A stretch of DNA of 64,000 nt, filler included, from Pirum gemmata (lineage: Eukaryota): the NCBI GenBank assembly GCA_002812295.1. It is 29 parts of 29 records of this genome, joined end to end, with 100 filler letters (N's around TTAATTAATTAA, not from the genome) between each part and the next. Parts side by side here need not be neighbours in the genome. Positions count along the whole stretch, not along the records: positions 1 to 1,978 come from PDIN01009418.1; positions 2,079 to 4,065 come from PDIN01009419.1; positions 4,166 to 6,173 come from PDIN01009420.1; positions 6,274 to 10,510 come from PDIN01009421.1; positions 10,611 to 12,612 come from PDIN01009422.1; positions 12,713 to 14,699 come from PDIN01009423.1; 23 more parts are not named here. One strand, written 5' to 3'. Both the position numbers and the translations under genes were made by a program. How positions within the stretch are numbered: the first letter of the stretch is position 1; each line of letters opens with the position of its first letter. Below, one piece after another: positions 1-14,799 of the stretch. The notes under the pieces are model-generated. The model was not told where the DNA came from. It did no database searches and worked only from the letters and a program-made list of their open reading frames with translations.

Positions 1-290
1 TTAGGGTTACGGTTACGGTTACGGTTAGGGTTAGGGTTACGGTTACGGTTACGGTTACGGTTAGGGTTAGTGGGAGTGGAGTGTGGAGGTATGATATAGT
101 GAACACATCGCTAGGAATTTTTATCGTACTTTCTTTATCGTAATATACACTGAAAAAATTAACAAGTGCTGTTTTGTTTGTAATGGTTAGTAATGGTTTT
201 GTCGGTTTCCTAATTACTCTTTTATTTAGTAGTGTTAAAATAAGGGTTTAGTTTAGGGTTAGGGTTAGGGTTAGGGTTAGGGTATGGGTT
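1..290 (+). repeat. Interstitial telomere-like repeats (TTAGGG mixed with TTACGG variant)
   Basis: TTAGGG/TTACGG hexamers at 1-70 and TTAGGG at ~245-282. The G-rich strand reads into the contig, so this is not a true left chromosome end. Confidence 0.85.
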
Positions 291-494
291 AGGTAGGTTT
301 TTTGCAACTTTTTGTAAGTGTTTGCTACATTTATAAACGACATCCAACATACAAACGTGCTAAAAATAAGATTGAGAAAGTTGGGCTAAAAATAAGATTG
401 AAAAAGTCCCAACATTTTTGTAGTTGTTGGGAAGAACTGGAAAAAAACATTAGAGGTTTTTAGTTGTATTTATAATTAGCTTGTGTATATTATA

Positions 495-1019
495 TCACCA
501 GGCCATTTTACAAAAATATTTATCACTCACAACACTATCATCGTTCATTGACGTTTTAACTTCGAACGTATAACCAGAATTTTTATCTTCAATATCATGT
601 ACATTCAAAGATTCTTGTGTACCATCTTCCCGAGTTCGTTTGCCAAATACTGCGTTCCGAAATTTGTAAATACTGCTCATACTTTGACATGTGACATGCC
701 AAAATTTCACTTTTTCTATTTCTTCTATTGAATTTCGAAATTTATACTGATTATAGTACAATTTTTGTCGTTGTACTAATTTAATATCAAGACAATTTCT
801 ACCAATCGTGTTTTGAATCTGTTCTGTTAGTACGTTATCACTCAATTTTTGACTTTCCATAACTTCCAAATAGAAATTCGGTTGAAATCCATTTATTTGG
901 ATACAACAATCGCTCCATTCTTGATTTTTATATTCTAATCCAAAAACATGAAAAACTTCTTCAAAATTATCTTGACGGACTTGCCATTGATAAACAAAAA
1001 TTTTTTTGTTTAGTTTCAT
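495..1019 (-). pseudogene. Truncated N-terminal fragment of a family B DNA polymerase, large-DNA-virus-like
   Basis: Intronless 174-aa ORF, IFVYQW...FHVFGL...CCIQINGFQPNFYLE...IKLVQRQKLYY...LNVHD. This matches the PolB N-terminal pattern (xYQW...G...vcv.i.GF.PYFY) as recalled for irido/asco-type viral polymerases. No exonuclease or polymerase motifs follow. Confidence 0.6.
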
Positions 1020-1265
1020 TTTTTTTTAATTTGGGCAATGTTTTAAATAATATTAGTATTGCTATGGAAATGATGAAAAATGTACTAATATTTGAAATTA
1101 AACCGAATATCATGTATTTGACTATCTTCAAGAATAAATAATAAGGATTAGTAATGATAAAAAAATTAAAAAATCAATAATAAAGAAAAAAAATATATTA
1201 TTCAAAAAACTCTTTAGATATATATATTAATATAAATACGTAGATGAATATGCACTGATAGATAA

Positions 1266-1440
1266 CGTCCTCTCAATATTTAATTTGGTACTGTTTAAGT
1301 GTATAATTGAACTTATTTATAAAATAAAACATTAGATACAAAATACCAAATTAATTAAAAAGTGTCCGATAATAATAATTTGGTATGTTTAATTTCAGTT
1401 TTTGAACTGGACATGTACAACACTATTGAAAAACATGATC
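1266..1440 (+). mobile_element. MITE family B copy
   Basis: Core TTTAATTTGGTAC.GTTTAA.TGTATAATTGAACTT...TTCAGTTTTTGAACTGGACA...ACACTATTGAAAAACA(C)GAT. It recurs at ~17670, ~18195, 18776, 22002, ~39770, 46644 (reverse) and ~62260 (reverse). Confidence 0.75.
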
Positions 1441-1462
1441 GTATGTTTTAATAATATTATAA

Positions 1463-1595
1463 GTGCTTTTCAGTTACAATAAATAATACCAAATTAATAC
1501 AATATAAATCCATTTTATTAAATTTGGTATATTTTATTATATTATAAACAACCAAATAAATATTCAGAGTAACAAAATAAATGAAAAGCACGATA
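1463..1595 (+). mobile_element. MITE family A copy (internally deleted)
   Basis: GTGCTTTTCAG...ACCAAATTAATACAATATAAATCCAT...TGAAAAGCACGATA, the same element as 49623-49812. Confidence 0.75.
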
Positions 1596-1667
1596 CAAAT
1601 TTTTTTTTAAAAAAAAAAATAAACTATAGTTGACCATTCTAAAGTTTATAAATAAATTGGATGATCA

Positions 1668-1795
1668 CTATGCATCACTGCCCAACTTCAACAGATCACT
1701 ATCGATAGTTAATATTTGTACATACATATTTAAATTCGTTACCTGATGTACCGAGATTCACGAACACCCAATTTGTATAATTGGTGGAAATATTT
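1668..1795 (-). CDS. Possible last two exons of an unknown host gene
   Basis: AG/GT-bounded exons 1795-1743 and 1698-1668 join in phase to KYFHQLYKLGVRESRYISDLLKLGSDA*. Confidence 0.3.
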
Positions 1796-1978
1796 CTAAC
1801 AAATTATAATTGTGGGGGGGTATGATTATGATTATGATTATGATTATAATTATGATTATGATTATAATTATGACTATGATTATGATTATGATAAGCTTTT
1901 TTAGCTAATGGCAGGCCTAGAATGACAGGCCCAATTTTACAGTCCAATTTTTCCTTATTTTGTCCATGCCTTATTTTA

Positions 1979-2079
1979 NNNNNNNNNNNNNNNNNNNNNN
2001 NNNNNNNNNNNNNNNNNNNNNNTTAATTAATTAANNNNNNNNNNNNNNNNNNNNNNNNNNNNNNNNNNNNNNNNNNNNT
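1979..2079. other. Artificial contig linker N-TTAATTAATTAA-N (first of ~28)
   Basis: The same 12-mer with stops in six frames, flanked by N runs, recurs about every 2 kb (e.g. ~4110, ~6220, ~10555, ~12660 ... ~62090). Confidence 0.97.
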
Positions 2080-2110
2080 ATTATTATTATTATTATTATT
2101 GTGTTACAGC

Positions 2111-2250
2111 GCTTTTCTTGGTACTTAATGAGAACGATGAGACAATTGACTACGTGTTTACTAGTAGTGAAGGTCAAGAGGAAGTACGACTGGCATGGAA
2201 ACAACTGAAGCAGCGACATGAAGCTTTTGGTGTTACAATTGAAGATTTAG
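2111..2250 (+). pseudogene. Possible transposase-associated fragment (DUF6729/Mutator-like region)
   Basis: After an AG acceptor: LFLVLNENDETIDYVFTSSEGQEEVRLAWKQLKQRHEAFGV. It resembles the recalled V.NE.GQVL..VLT..EG..L..M...L..RY..AG motif of transposon-derived proteins, then decays into simple repeats. Confidence 0.3.
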
Positions 2251-3057
2251 TTGTAGTAATGATAATACTAATGCTAAATGCAATAGTAATAGTGATAGAA
2301 ATAGCAGTAGTAATTAATATTAATAGTAATAGTAATAGTAATAATAATAGTACGTCATAGTAATAGTAATAATAATAGTACTACTTGCCACATTAGTAAC
2401 AAGGTAAAACATGCTTCGCTCATATAAAATGAGTTAAGCGCTTTACAGCTATTCAGATGTTTCTTTCATGAGTCCATGCACTTACTTGTTCAACTACCGT
2501 GAGGCATGTTGAATAGATTTATGACACACCTATTCTGGAAAATATCTGCTATGTCTACGAAAAAAAATTGAACAGCACTTGACAATACATATTTGGTACT
2601 TTCCTACGAATTTTTTTTGTGAATACCGGTAGCACTTCACACGACATATTTATCATAGTATTTTTTTAGCTAAAAAAAGGGGGTGGGGTAAAATCTAGGG
2701 AAATGGGGTAGACTATTATAAATATAAAAATTTTTTTTTTTACTGAAGCCAACTATGTAATAGACCGTTCCTGACTTTTTGACATCACTAATTAATTTTT
2801 TTTTTTTATCATATGATCATATCATATCATAAAAAAAAAAAACGGGTATAAGCTTTTTTGTTGGATTATTTTTTGATCTGCGTCATTTAAGCCAATCATA
2901 ATCTCTATAGTGTAAAAAAATAGTCTACGCACCATATATAAGTATATTGTTACGTAATATAGTAATATGTCTAGCCATATATATGTATTTTTTTAAAAAA
3001 ATTTATTCATAATATTATTGTTATTATTGTCATTATTATTATCATCATAGTATTATG

Positions 3058-3950
3058 TTATGGTGTTTGTGGTGTTTGTGATGTTTGTGGTGTTTGTGAT
3101 GTTTGTGGTGTTTGTGGTATTGGTGGTGTTCGTGGTGTTCGTCGTGTTTGTGGTGTTTGTGGTGTTTGTGGTGTTTGTTGTTGATTAATAATTCGCAAAC
3201 TACGTCGTGGAGTACTGTTTGGTTCTAAATAGCCAGGAATAACACCTTCTAAACAAAAGCTATGAAACATCTTTTGTAAACGGTTTCGTTCATTTTCATT
3301 TTTACTTTTTATATACTTAGCTCTTTTTCTACCTTTTTTTAAATCTATAAGTGAAAAAGAAGTACGCCTCCTCTTTTGACCATGTTCCATTTCATTGTGT
3401 AAAGCTTTCGGTTTTACGATATCCCAATCTTTAATTGGTATAGCTCTTGCTTCTTTTTNACGCCATCTCCAGTGATAATAAAGCAGCATTAATAATCCAC
3501 CGACATGACTACATTTTCCAGTTTTGCCCATAGGACAAGGACAATAGCCATACTCTATTTCTGTATCGTAAAATTCAGGGCCATAAGAACAAATATTAAT
3601 AGGTGAAAAGTTTTTCATTTTAATTAAGGCAAATATAACAGCCATAAAACCCTGCTTTCATTGATCTTGGAATAGATCCATGCAATTTTAAACGAAATAC
3701 TTTGTATTCAACACCTTTTACTTTTCTATACTAATTTTCTTATTACCTACCATATGGAACTTTGACAAACTAGTTATGACTTTTGCCATTGCTTTTTCCA
3801 ATGCGTTATTCCCAACGAAATTCATTGTCATTTGCATTGTTAACGCTGTCGTAAAGTATTTATCAGGCCAGTTTCTTTGAAATGAATTGATTGAATAAGG
3901 AACTATAAATGGTTCACTAATACCTGTTACATTGCCGTCAGCTTTTATTT
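3058..3950 (-). pseudogene. Frameshifted SWIM zinc-finger gene, probably transposon-derived
   Basis: CPCPMGKTGKCSHVGGLL (CxC...CxH) in the ORF. Upstream frames give LKLHGSIPRSMKAGFYGCYICLN* and a further shifted segment, implying at least two frameshifts. The C-terminus has PQT repeats. Confidence 0.6.
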
Positions 3951-4312
3951 GTTTATTAATTAAAAGTGCTCAAATCTGAGCGGGGATCATAACAACCAGT
4001 TGCATAGCCCACGCATTTATTTCTTGCTATTTGTAAGCCATTACAATCACACAATTCACCTTGTANNNNNNNNNNNNNNNNNNNNNNNNNNNNNNNNNNN
4101 NNNNNNNNNTTAATTAATTAANNNNNNNNNNNNNNNNNNNNNNNNNNNNNNNNNNNNNNNNNNNNATTAATATTATTAATATTAATATTAATATTATTAT
4201 TATTAACATTATTATTATTATTGTTATTATTATTATTATTATTATTATTCTTATTATTATTATTAATATTGTTACATTATAAATTTTAATTAACATTTTA
4301 AAAAATAACTAG

Positions 4313-4869
4313 ATCCAAATTTTCAATGTGAAATTGGAGACCAGTGCTTTGGTGATATTGATTTAATTCAAGGCGACCAAAGAACAACCGCTGGGGGTAT
4401 TTATAGTGGTCAAGACCAGTGCGGAGATCATAACTTTAAAGCTTTTGGCCGCGGACAGAAGAAAAACACCGGTACCGGTACCCTGCGTTATGGTTTAATA
4501 ATTCCTGAACGAAGATTCGAAGCAGGAAACAGTCAATCAGCACCAGATGATGCAAGTGAAGGAGGAAAAATCATTTTCGATTTCACTCATGTATTAAAAA
4601 CTATCAAAAAAGATTCTATTGTAAAAATGAAGTCAGCTCTATTTGTTGATAATGAGCATGAAGAGAATACTGAAATACGCAGCATTAATCCAAAAGGTAA
4701 AGTTATTGACATTATAAAAGTTAAAGGAAAAGGTGATAATAGTTTTCAAAAGATTGAATTTGACGAAAACTTTGAAATCAAGGAAAAGGTAGAATTTAGT
4801 TTATGTGGTTCTGGGATGTTAGGCGATATAAATTTTGAAATTTGTGAGCCTGTCGAACCTGGATATGGA

Positions 4870-4947
<78 letters not shown>

Positions 4948-5403
4948 ATCACAACCCCAATTGCAACCCCCACAACAATACCGATAACTTCTACTCCACA
5001 AACAACTAATATCGAAGAAACTACTATAATACCACAAACAACTGATATCGAAGAAACTACTATAATACCACCACCAGTAACAACATCGCCACCACCACCA
5101 GTAACAACTTCACCACCCCCACCCCCAACAACAATAACAACCTCGCCAGCAAAGGTTATAGAGGAAGAGGATGACATCGATAGTAGCAAAGGTGTTTCGA
5201 TTGGTGTAATCGCAGGCTCTATCGTTGGAGGTGCAGTTGTTCTAGGAGCTTGTGCCGCTGCTGCTTATAAGTTTAGTTCGATGAATAGTGCTCAAAATCC
5301 GGCTAATGAGGATATTAGCGCTGAAGCTCAAGATTTTAACAGCAACCCAGATTTTGAACCAGGGACACAGGAACATACAAATAGAATATATGACCAAATA
5401 TAG
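4313..5403 (+). CDS. Terminal exon of a single-pass (type I) cell-surface protein
   Basis: The frame is open from the TAG acceptor at 4312. It encodes an ectodomain (GDIDL...YGLIIPE...PDDASEGGKIIFDF...GKGDNSFQ...GSG), poly-Asp, a T/P-rich stalk, a TM helix IGVIAGSIVGGAVVLGACAAAAY, and a tail with NPDF and NRIY. Confidence 0.85.
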
Positions 5404-5452
5404 AGTGTTAAAACAAAAACAACAACAACAATTATTATAATAAAAACAAAAT

Positions 5453-5631
5453 TTAACAACAATTCCTTTTGATCACGTTATCGAGGCACAGTATGATAAT
5501 AATCTGAAAATTGTTCAAAAGGTTCGTGAAACATTAGACGCTGAATTGTATGGATTATCGGAAGCTAAAGAACAAATTTCTACATTTTTATATAACCGAT
5601 TACAAAATCCAAAAGCAATGAAAGGGAATAT
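5453..5631 (+). pseudogene. Fragment of a Lon-type AAA+ ATPase (pre-Walker A region)
   Basis: Manual translation LTTIPFDHVIEAQYDNNLKIVQKVRETLDAELYGLSEAKEQISTFLYNRLQNPKAMKGN matches the Lon pattern IPF...LD..lYG....KE.I...NP. It is cut off by a (TA)n tract before Walker A. Confidence 0.65.
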
Positions 5632-6351
5632 TATATATATATATATATATTCTGGGTTGAGCGGAGATCTCGAAGCAATGTATATATAAATTTTTTAAAC
5701 AACAAACCACATTCATTTTAAATTTGTATGATATATTACACTGTATACGTAATTACAAAAAATAAATGAGAACGTTCATTAACAAGCCCAAAAAACAAAA
5801 AGATAATTATTAATTAATCATAAATAAATATTATTTGTAATATTGGTCAAAGGCAATAACAACAAACCACGAACACCCTCACCAAAATTCGTAATATTTG
5901 GTAAACACGCATTTTGTGTATCCCCCCCATGGGATGGGGTTCAAAATACAATTACAAAAAAAAAAATACAACTAAACCTTTATTACAAAATTATTTATTA
6001 AAATACAATTCTAAGTTGTAATAAATTAAAAATTTCAACATTAAAATATTAATATTTAAGAAAAGGTCCCTACCAAAATACGCAATGTCCAGTAAATAAC
6101 ATTATGTATATTGATGATGATAATAATGATGACAATGATGCATATGGTAATAATAATAATAATAATAATAATANNNNNNNNNNNNNNNNNNNNNNNNNNN
6201 NNNNNNNNNNNNNNNNNTTAATTAATTAANNNNNNNNNNNNNNNNNNNNNNNNNNNNNNNNNNNNNNNNNNNNAAACAACATTCAAAACAACAAAATAAA
6301 CTGAACACATAAAAATCCAGAAAAGAAACAATAAAGATTACCCTTTAGTTC

Positions 6352-6623
6352 GGTTATGGTTATGATTATGGTTATGGTTATGGTTATGGTTATGGTTATG
6401 GTTATGATTATGATTATGGTTATGGTTATGGTCATGGTCATGGTTATGGTCATGGTTATGGTCATGGTTTATGGTTATGGTTATGGTTATGGTTATGGTT
6501 ATGGTTATGGTTATACTTATGGTTATGGTTATGGTTACGGTTTATTGTTATACTTATGGTTATGGTTATGGTTATGGTTTATTGTTATACTTATGGTTAT
6601 GGTTATGGTTATGGTTATGGTTA
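6352..6623 (+). repeat. (TTATGG)n hexamer microsatellite in an intron
   Basis: Direct reading. Confidence 0.9.
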
Positions 6624-6738
6624 ACATCAAGAATAAAATGAAGATTAAGATTCGTAATAGTTATAGGATTACGATTGAATTAAAATTAAGGTTAGGCTTA
6701 GATAAGCACTAAATGAAAAAACACAACAATGAACTAAC

Positions 6739-6989
6739 CATCCAAATCACAAATGTTCTTGTACTATCAATAGTAGTCCTATGCGTGGCTGACAAGCACT
6801 TAGTTACTGAAATTCCAAAGAAATTGAAAAAGGCTATAGAAAAAATACTTCCCAAAGTTGCAACTATAACCTCCGAACTATTTTTTAATTGTAACAATCC
6901 ATCATATGTATCTTCAAGCGGGGCACCGTTATGTTGAATAAATTGCAGACACGGTAAAATAATACTCAAAAAAAATACACCCCATATAC
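6739..6989 (-). CDS. Internal exon of an SLC35F6-like (drug/metabolite superfamily) transporter
   Basis: GIWG...LEDTYDGLLQL...SIAFFNFFGISVTKCLSATHRTTIDSTRTFVIWM, with an AAG acceptor and a GTTAGT donor. Confidence 0.85.
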
Positions 6990-7393
6990 CTTTTGAGAAA
7001 AATAATAATAACATAAAATAATAATAATAATAACATTAAAAATAATTATATGTAATAATACAATAATAATAATAAAAATAACATTATTTAATGATTTAAA
7101 CGACAAAACGGACACCTATCTGTTAATGCANATAACACCAATAACAACAATAACGAATAGGGTAACGTTTAACAAACAATAATAAGAAGGTGTAACAATT
7201 TTTTTTTAAATAACAAAATCTAACAGCAAACTATAAAAATGGGTTTTATTCAAGTTCATGGTTCTCATATACACTAAATATATATGTCATTTCGATATTT
7301 AAAAATTTAACTAGAAAACTACTACTACTACTACTACCACTACTACTACCAATACTACCGCCACCACTACTACTACTACTACCACTACCAATA

Positions 7394-7426
<33 letters not shown>

Positions 7427-7761
7427 TACTATTACTACTACTACTACTACTACTACTANNNNNNNNNNNNNNNNNNNNNNNNNNNNNNNNNNNNNNNNNN
7501 NNNNNNNNNNNNNNNNNNNNNNNNNNNNNNNNNNNNNNNNNNNNNNNNNNNNNNNNNNNNNNNNNNNNNNNNNNNNNNNNNNNNNNAGGGGCAAGGGGCA
7601 AAGGGTAAAGGGTAAACGGCAAAGGGGTAAAGGGGTAAAGGGGTAAAAAAGGTAAAGGGGTAAAAAAGGTAAAGAATACAGGGTAAAAAGCAAAAGAGTA
7701 AAAGGGCAAAAGCGTCAGAGGGAAGAGGAGAAAAGGAATGAAAGGAGGAGGGGGGGCTAAC

Positions 7762-10412
<2,651 letters not shown>

Positions 10413-10876
10413 CTATCATAAATATAAATTTTTGGATTATAGTTTATATTAAAAGGAAACACATAATAATAATAATAATAATAACAATAACAATAAAAGT
10501 AATGAATTTANNNNNNNNNNNNNNNNNNNNNNNNNNNNNNNNNNNNNNNNNNNNTTAATTAATTAANNNNNNNNNNNNNNNNNNNNNNNNNNNNNNNNNN
10601 NNNNNNNNNNTTAGGCTTTATTTCACAAAGGCTATAAGCCTGTTTTTCACCCTTTCCCTCACGGTACTTATTCACTATCGGACTATAACAATATAACAAT
10701 ATAACAATATAACAATATAACAATATAATAATATAACAATATAACAATATAACAATATAACAATATAACAATATAACAAATAATCATATCATTATCATAA
10801 TCAGTATTATTATCAATAGCGACCTAACCCTAACCCTAACCATTATTAATCATTCTGATTTAATTTCGAATAACAG

Positions 10877-12573
<1,697 letters not shown>

Positions 12574-13005
12574 GTAAGTATTTTTTAACGCGATATAATA
12601 ATAATTATAATANNNNNNNNNNNNNNNNNNNNNNNNNNNNNNNNNNNNNNNNNNNNTTAATTAATTAANNNNNNNNNNNNNNNNNNNNNNNNNNNNNNNN
12701 NNNNNNNNNNNNATTATTATTATTATTATTAATCATAATCATAATCATAAAAATAAATATTAATAACAATAAATAATGAGAAACAAATTTAGTCTGATGT
12801 TTATATTTCAATTTTTTTAAAAGGAGGGAAAAAACTGGAAAACCTGGAAAACCATTGAAAAAGGAAAAAAGAAAAAAGAAAAAAAAATCTAGAAACCCCA
12901 GTGAGTGTTAATATATACCCCACTCAATTAAAAGGAAGGAATGAACTGGGTTTTGACCTTACTGATGAAGGTACCAGCAATTTTTTGGCAATGGAGTGAG
13001 ATCGT

Positions 13006-13975
13006 TTGAAAAGTAGAAACACATCGTGTAATGGTTTGGTTAAGCAACTACTTTTACAAAACCGGCTAGAACTAATTAGTCAACTCCATAAGTATCCAAA
13101 AATACACCAGTACGGTCGACAAAATAAAAAAACTAAAACGTACATTGCATACAAAGAAAAGAAAACCGATATTTTCACAGCAGCAGAAATCAAAGAAATT
13201 TATACGTCTTTGAGCAACAATAAATTAGAAACCAATGACAATTATTATGAAACATTAAGATTGGATTCGTGTTAACTATTTTTCAAACGCACTGGGGGAG
13301 GGAGTATGAGAGTAGATGATGCCCACAGAGTTGGTGTCGAAAATGTTCATTTCACGATTGATCTAAGTGAAAATGGTAACAGTCACCATTTCCTATATCC
13401 ATTCAGATAATAAAAACTATATGCAATGCCAATGCCAATTCAAAGATACAGCATGTCGTATTTGTATCGTAAGGACATACTATGATCTTATTCCAAAAAA
13501 GGATTCGGCTCCAAAGTTTTTTCGCAACTTTATAATGCAAAATAATGTAATAACTGGGTTTTCTTGACAGGCATGGGGGAAGAAAAACGAAAATGGTATG
13601 TACAAGTACCTTCAAAAAGTGAATGAACTCTTGAAAACCCCTGCATCGAACATCTCCTCCAAGCCAGGCAGAAGTTCCGATGTGTCTTTGATTAAGAACT
13701 CCGGCGATGATAACGACACAGTTAAAACACTAACACACCACAAAAGTCATGCAGCGATTGAAAGTTCCCATCGTCCATCTATGGATCACTTGCTCAAAGG
13801 TTCAACAATGATGAACGATCTAATTCAAGGAACAGGTCAATCAAAGAAATTAAGAGCATCAAAAGAATCAAAAGAATCAAAGAAATCAAAAAAATCAAAA
13901 CAATCAAAACAATCAAAACAATCAAAATCAGAAGTCACCAACAAGTGTACTATTGTACACAATTATTACCATTGA
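13006..13975 (+). pseudogene. Decayed Crypton-like tyrosine recombinase
   Basis: Broken frames give FTAAEIKEI...GSMRVDDAHRV...CRICIVRTYYDLIP...FF...QAWGK...NISSKPGRSSDVSLIKNSG...VKTLTHHKSHAAIESSHRPS. This parallels the YR C-terminal consensus (TNHSgR.T....L...G......TGH.S...l..Y.RpS) but has stops, a frameshift and lost catalytic residues. Confidence 0.65.
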
Positions 13976-14044
13976 TTCCCATTGATTGACAATTTATGAA
14001 AAAATCACAAATAAAATAAAAATAAAATCAAAACTCATTTTAAT

Positions 14045-14101
<57 letters not shown>

Positions 14102-14610
14102 GTACTATTACTTATTATTATTATTATTATATTTAATTAGTAAAAAAGCAAAAACTTCAGTTTTTTGTCTCGCTTTTTAGAAATACTCACCCCTAGCTAG
14201 CGACATCACCTCGGCTCCAGCTAGATTTCGCCTCGGCTGGCTCCCCTTGCCCAAAATTCTACCCCTTGCCAAAAAAAACTCGGTTTCTAAAAATCTCAGG
14301 TAATGATAAACCGCAAAAAAAAATATCAATTTTATATCTACCAAGTTTTTTTTGCTATTTAAAAGTCAGATTTAAAAGTGCGTAGACTTTGACTACTATA
14401 AAAAACTATTGTTTCAAAACATGCGCATATTTTTCGTAGCCAATGAAAATAAAGATTTCTTTTCAAAAAAAGATCTTATCTTATTTATAACCAATGAAAA
14501 TTGATTTTGAAAAAAGAAGAAAAGAAAAAGGGGCTAATAGGAGGCTAGGACTTAGTAATAGGAGGTGGAAAATTTTTTTCGAGTTCGAAAACTCTACTCC
14601 TATAAATTGA

Positions 14611-14699
14611 TATCGTGCTTTTCAGTTATTTTGTCGTTATAAAATATACAATAAATAGTACCAAATTAATACAATATAAATCCATTGCATTTAATTTGG
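14611..14699 (+). mobile_element. MITE family A, 5' part (cut by contig end)
   Basis: Starts TATCGTGCTTTTCAG. Confidence 0.75.
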
Positions 14700-14799
14700 N
14701 NNNNNNNNNNNNNNNNNNNNNNNNNNNNNNNNNNNNNNNNNNNTTAATTAATTAANNNNNNNNNNNNNNNNNNNNNNNNNNNNNNNNNNNNNNNNNNNN

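Noticed and set aside
1..70. True chromosome telomere at the window start
   Set aside because: The orientation is wrong for a left end (G-rich strand on +), the tract is short and degenerate, and similar tracts are interstitial throughout.
2023..2034. TTAATTAATTAA as a biological motif or piggyBac target
   Set aside because: It is always centred in N runs and is an artificial six-frame stop linker.
495..5631. One contiguous endogenous giant-virus region containing PolB, SWIM and Lon
   Set aside because: The three lie on different contigs separated by artificial linkers, so linkage cannot be claimed.
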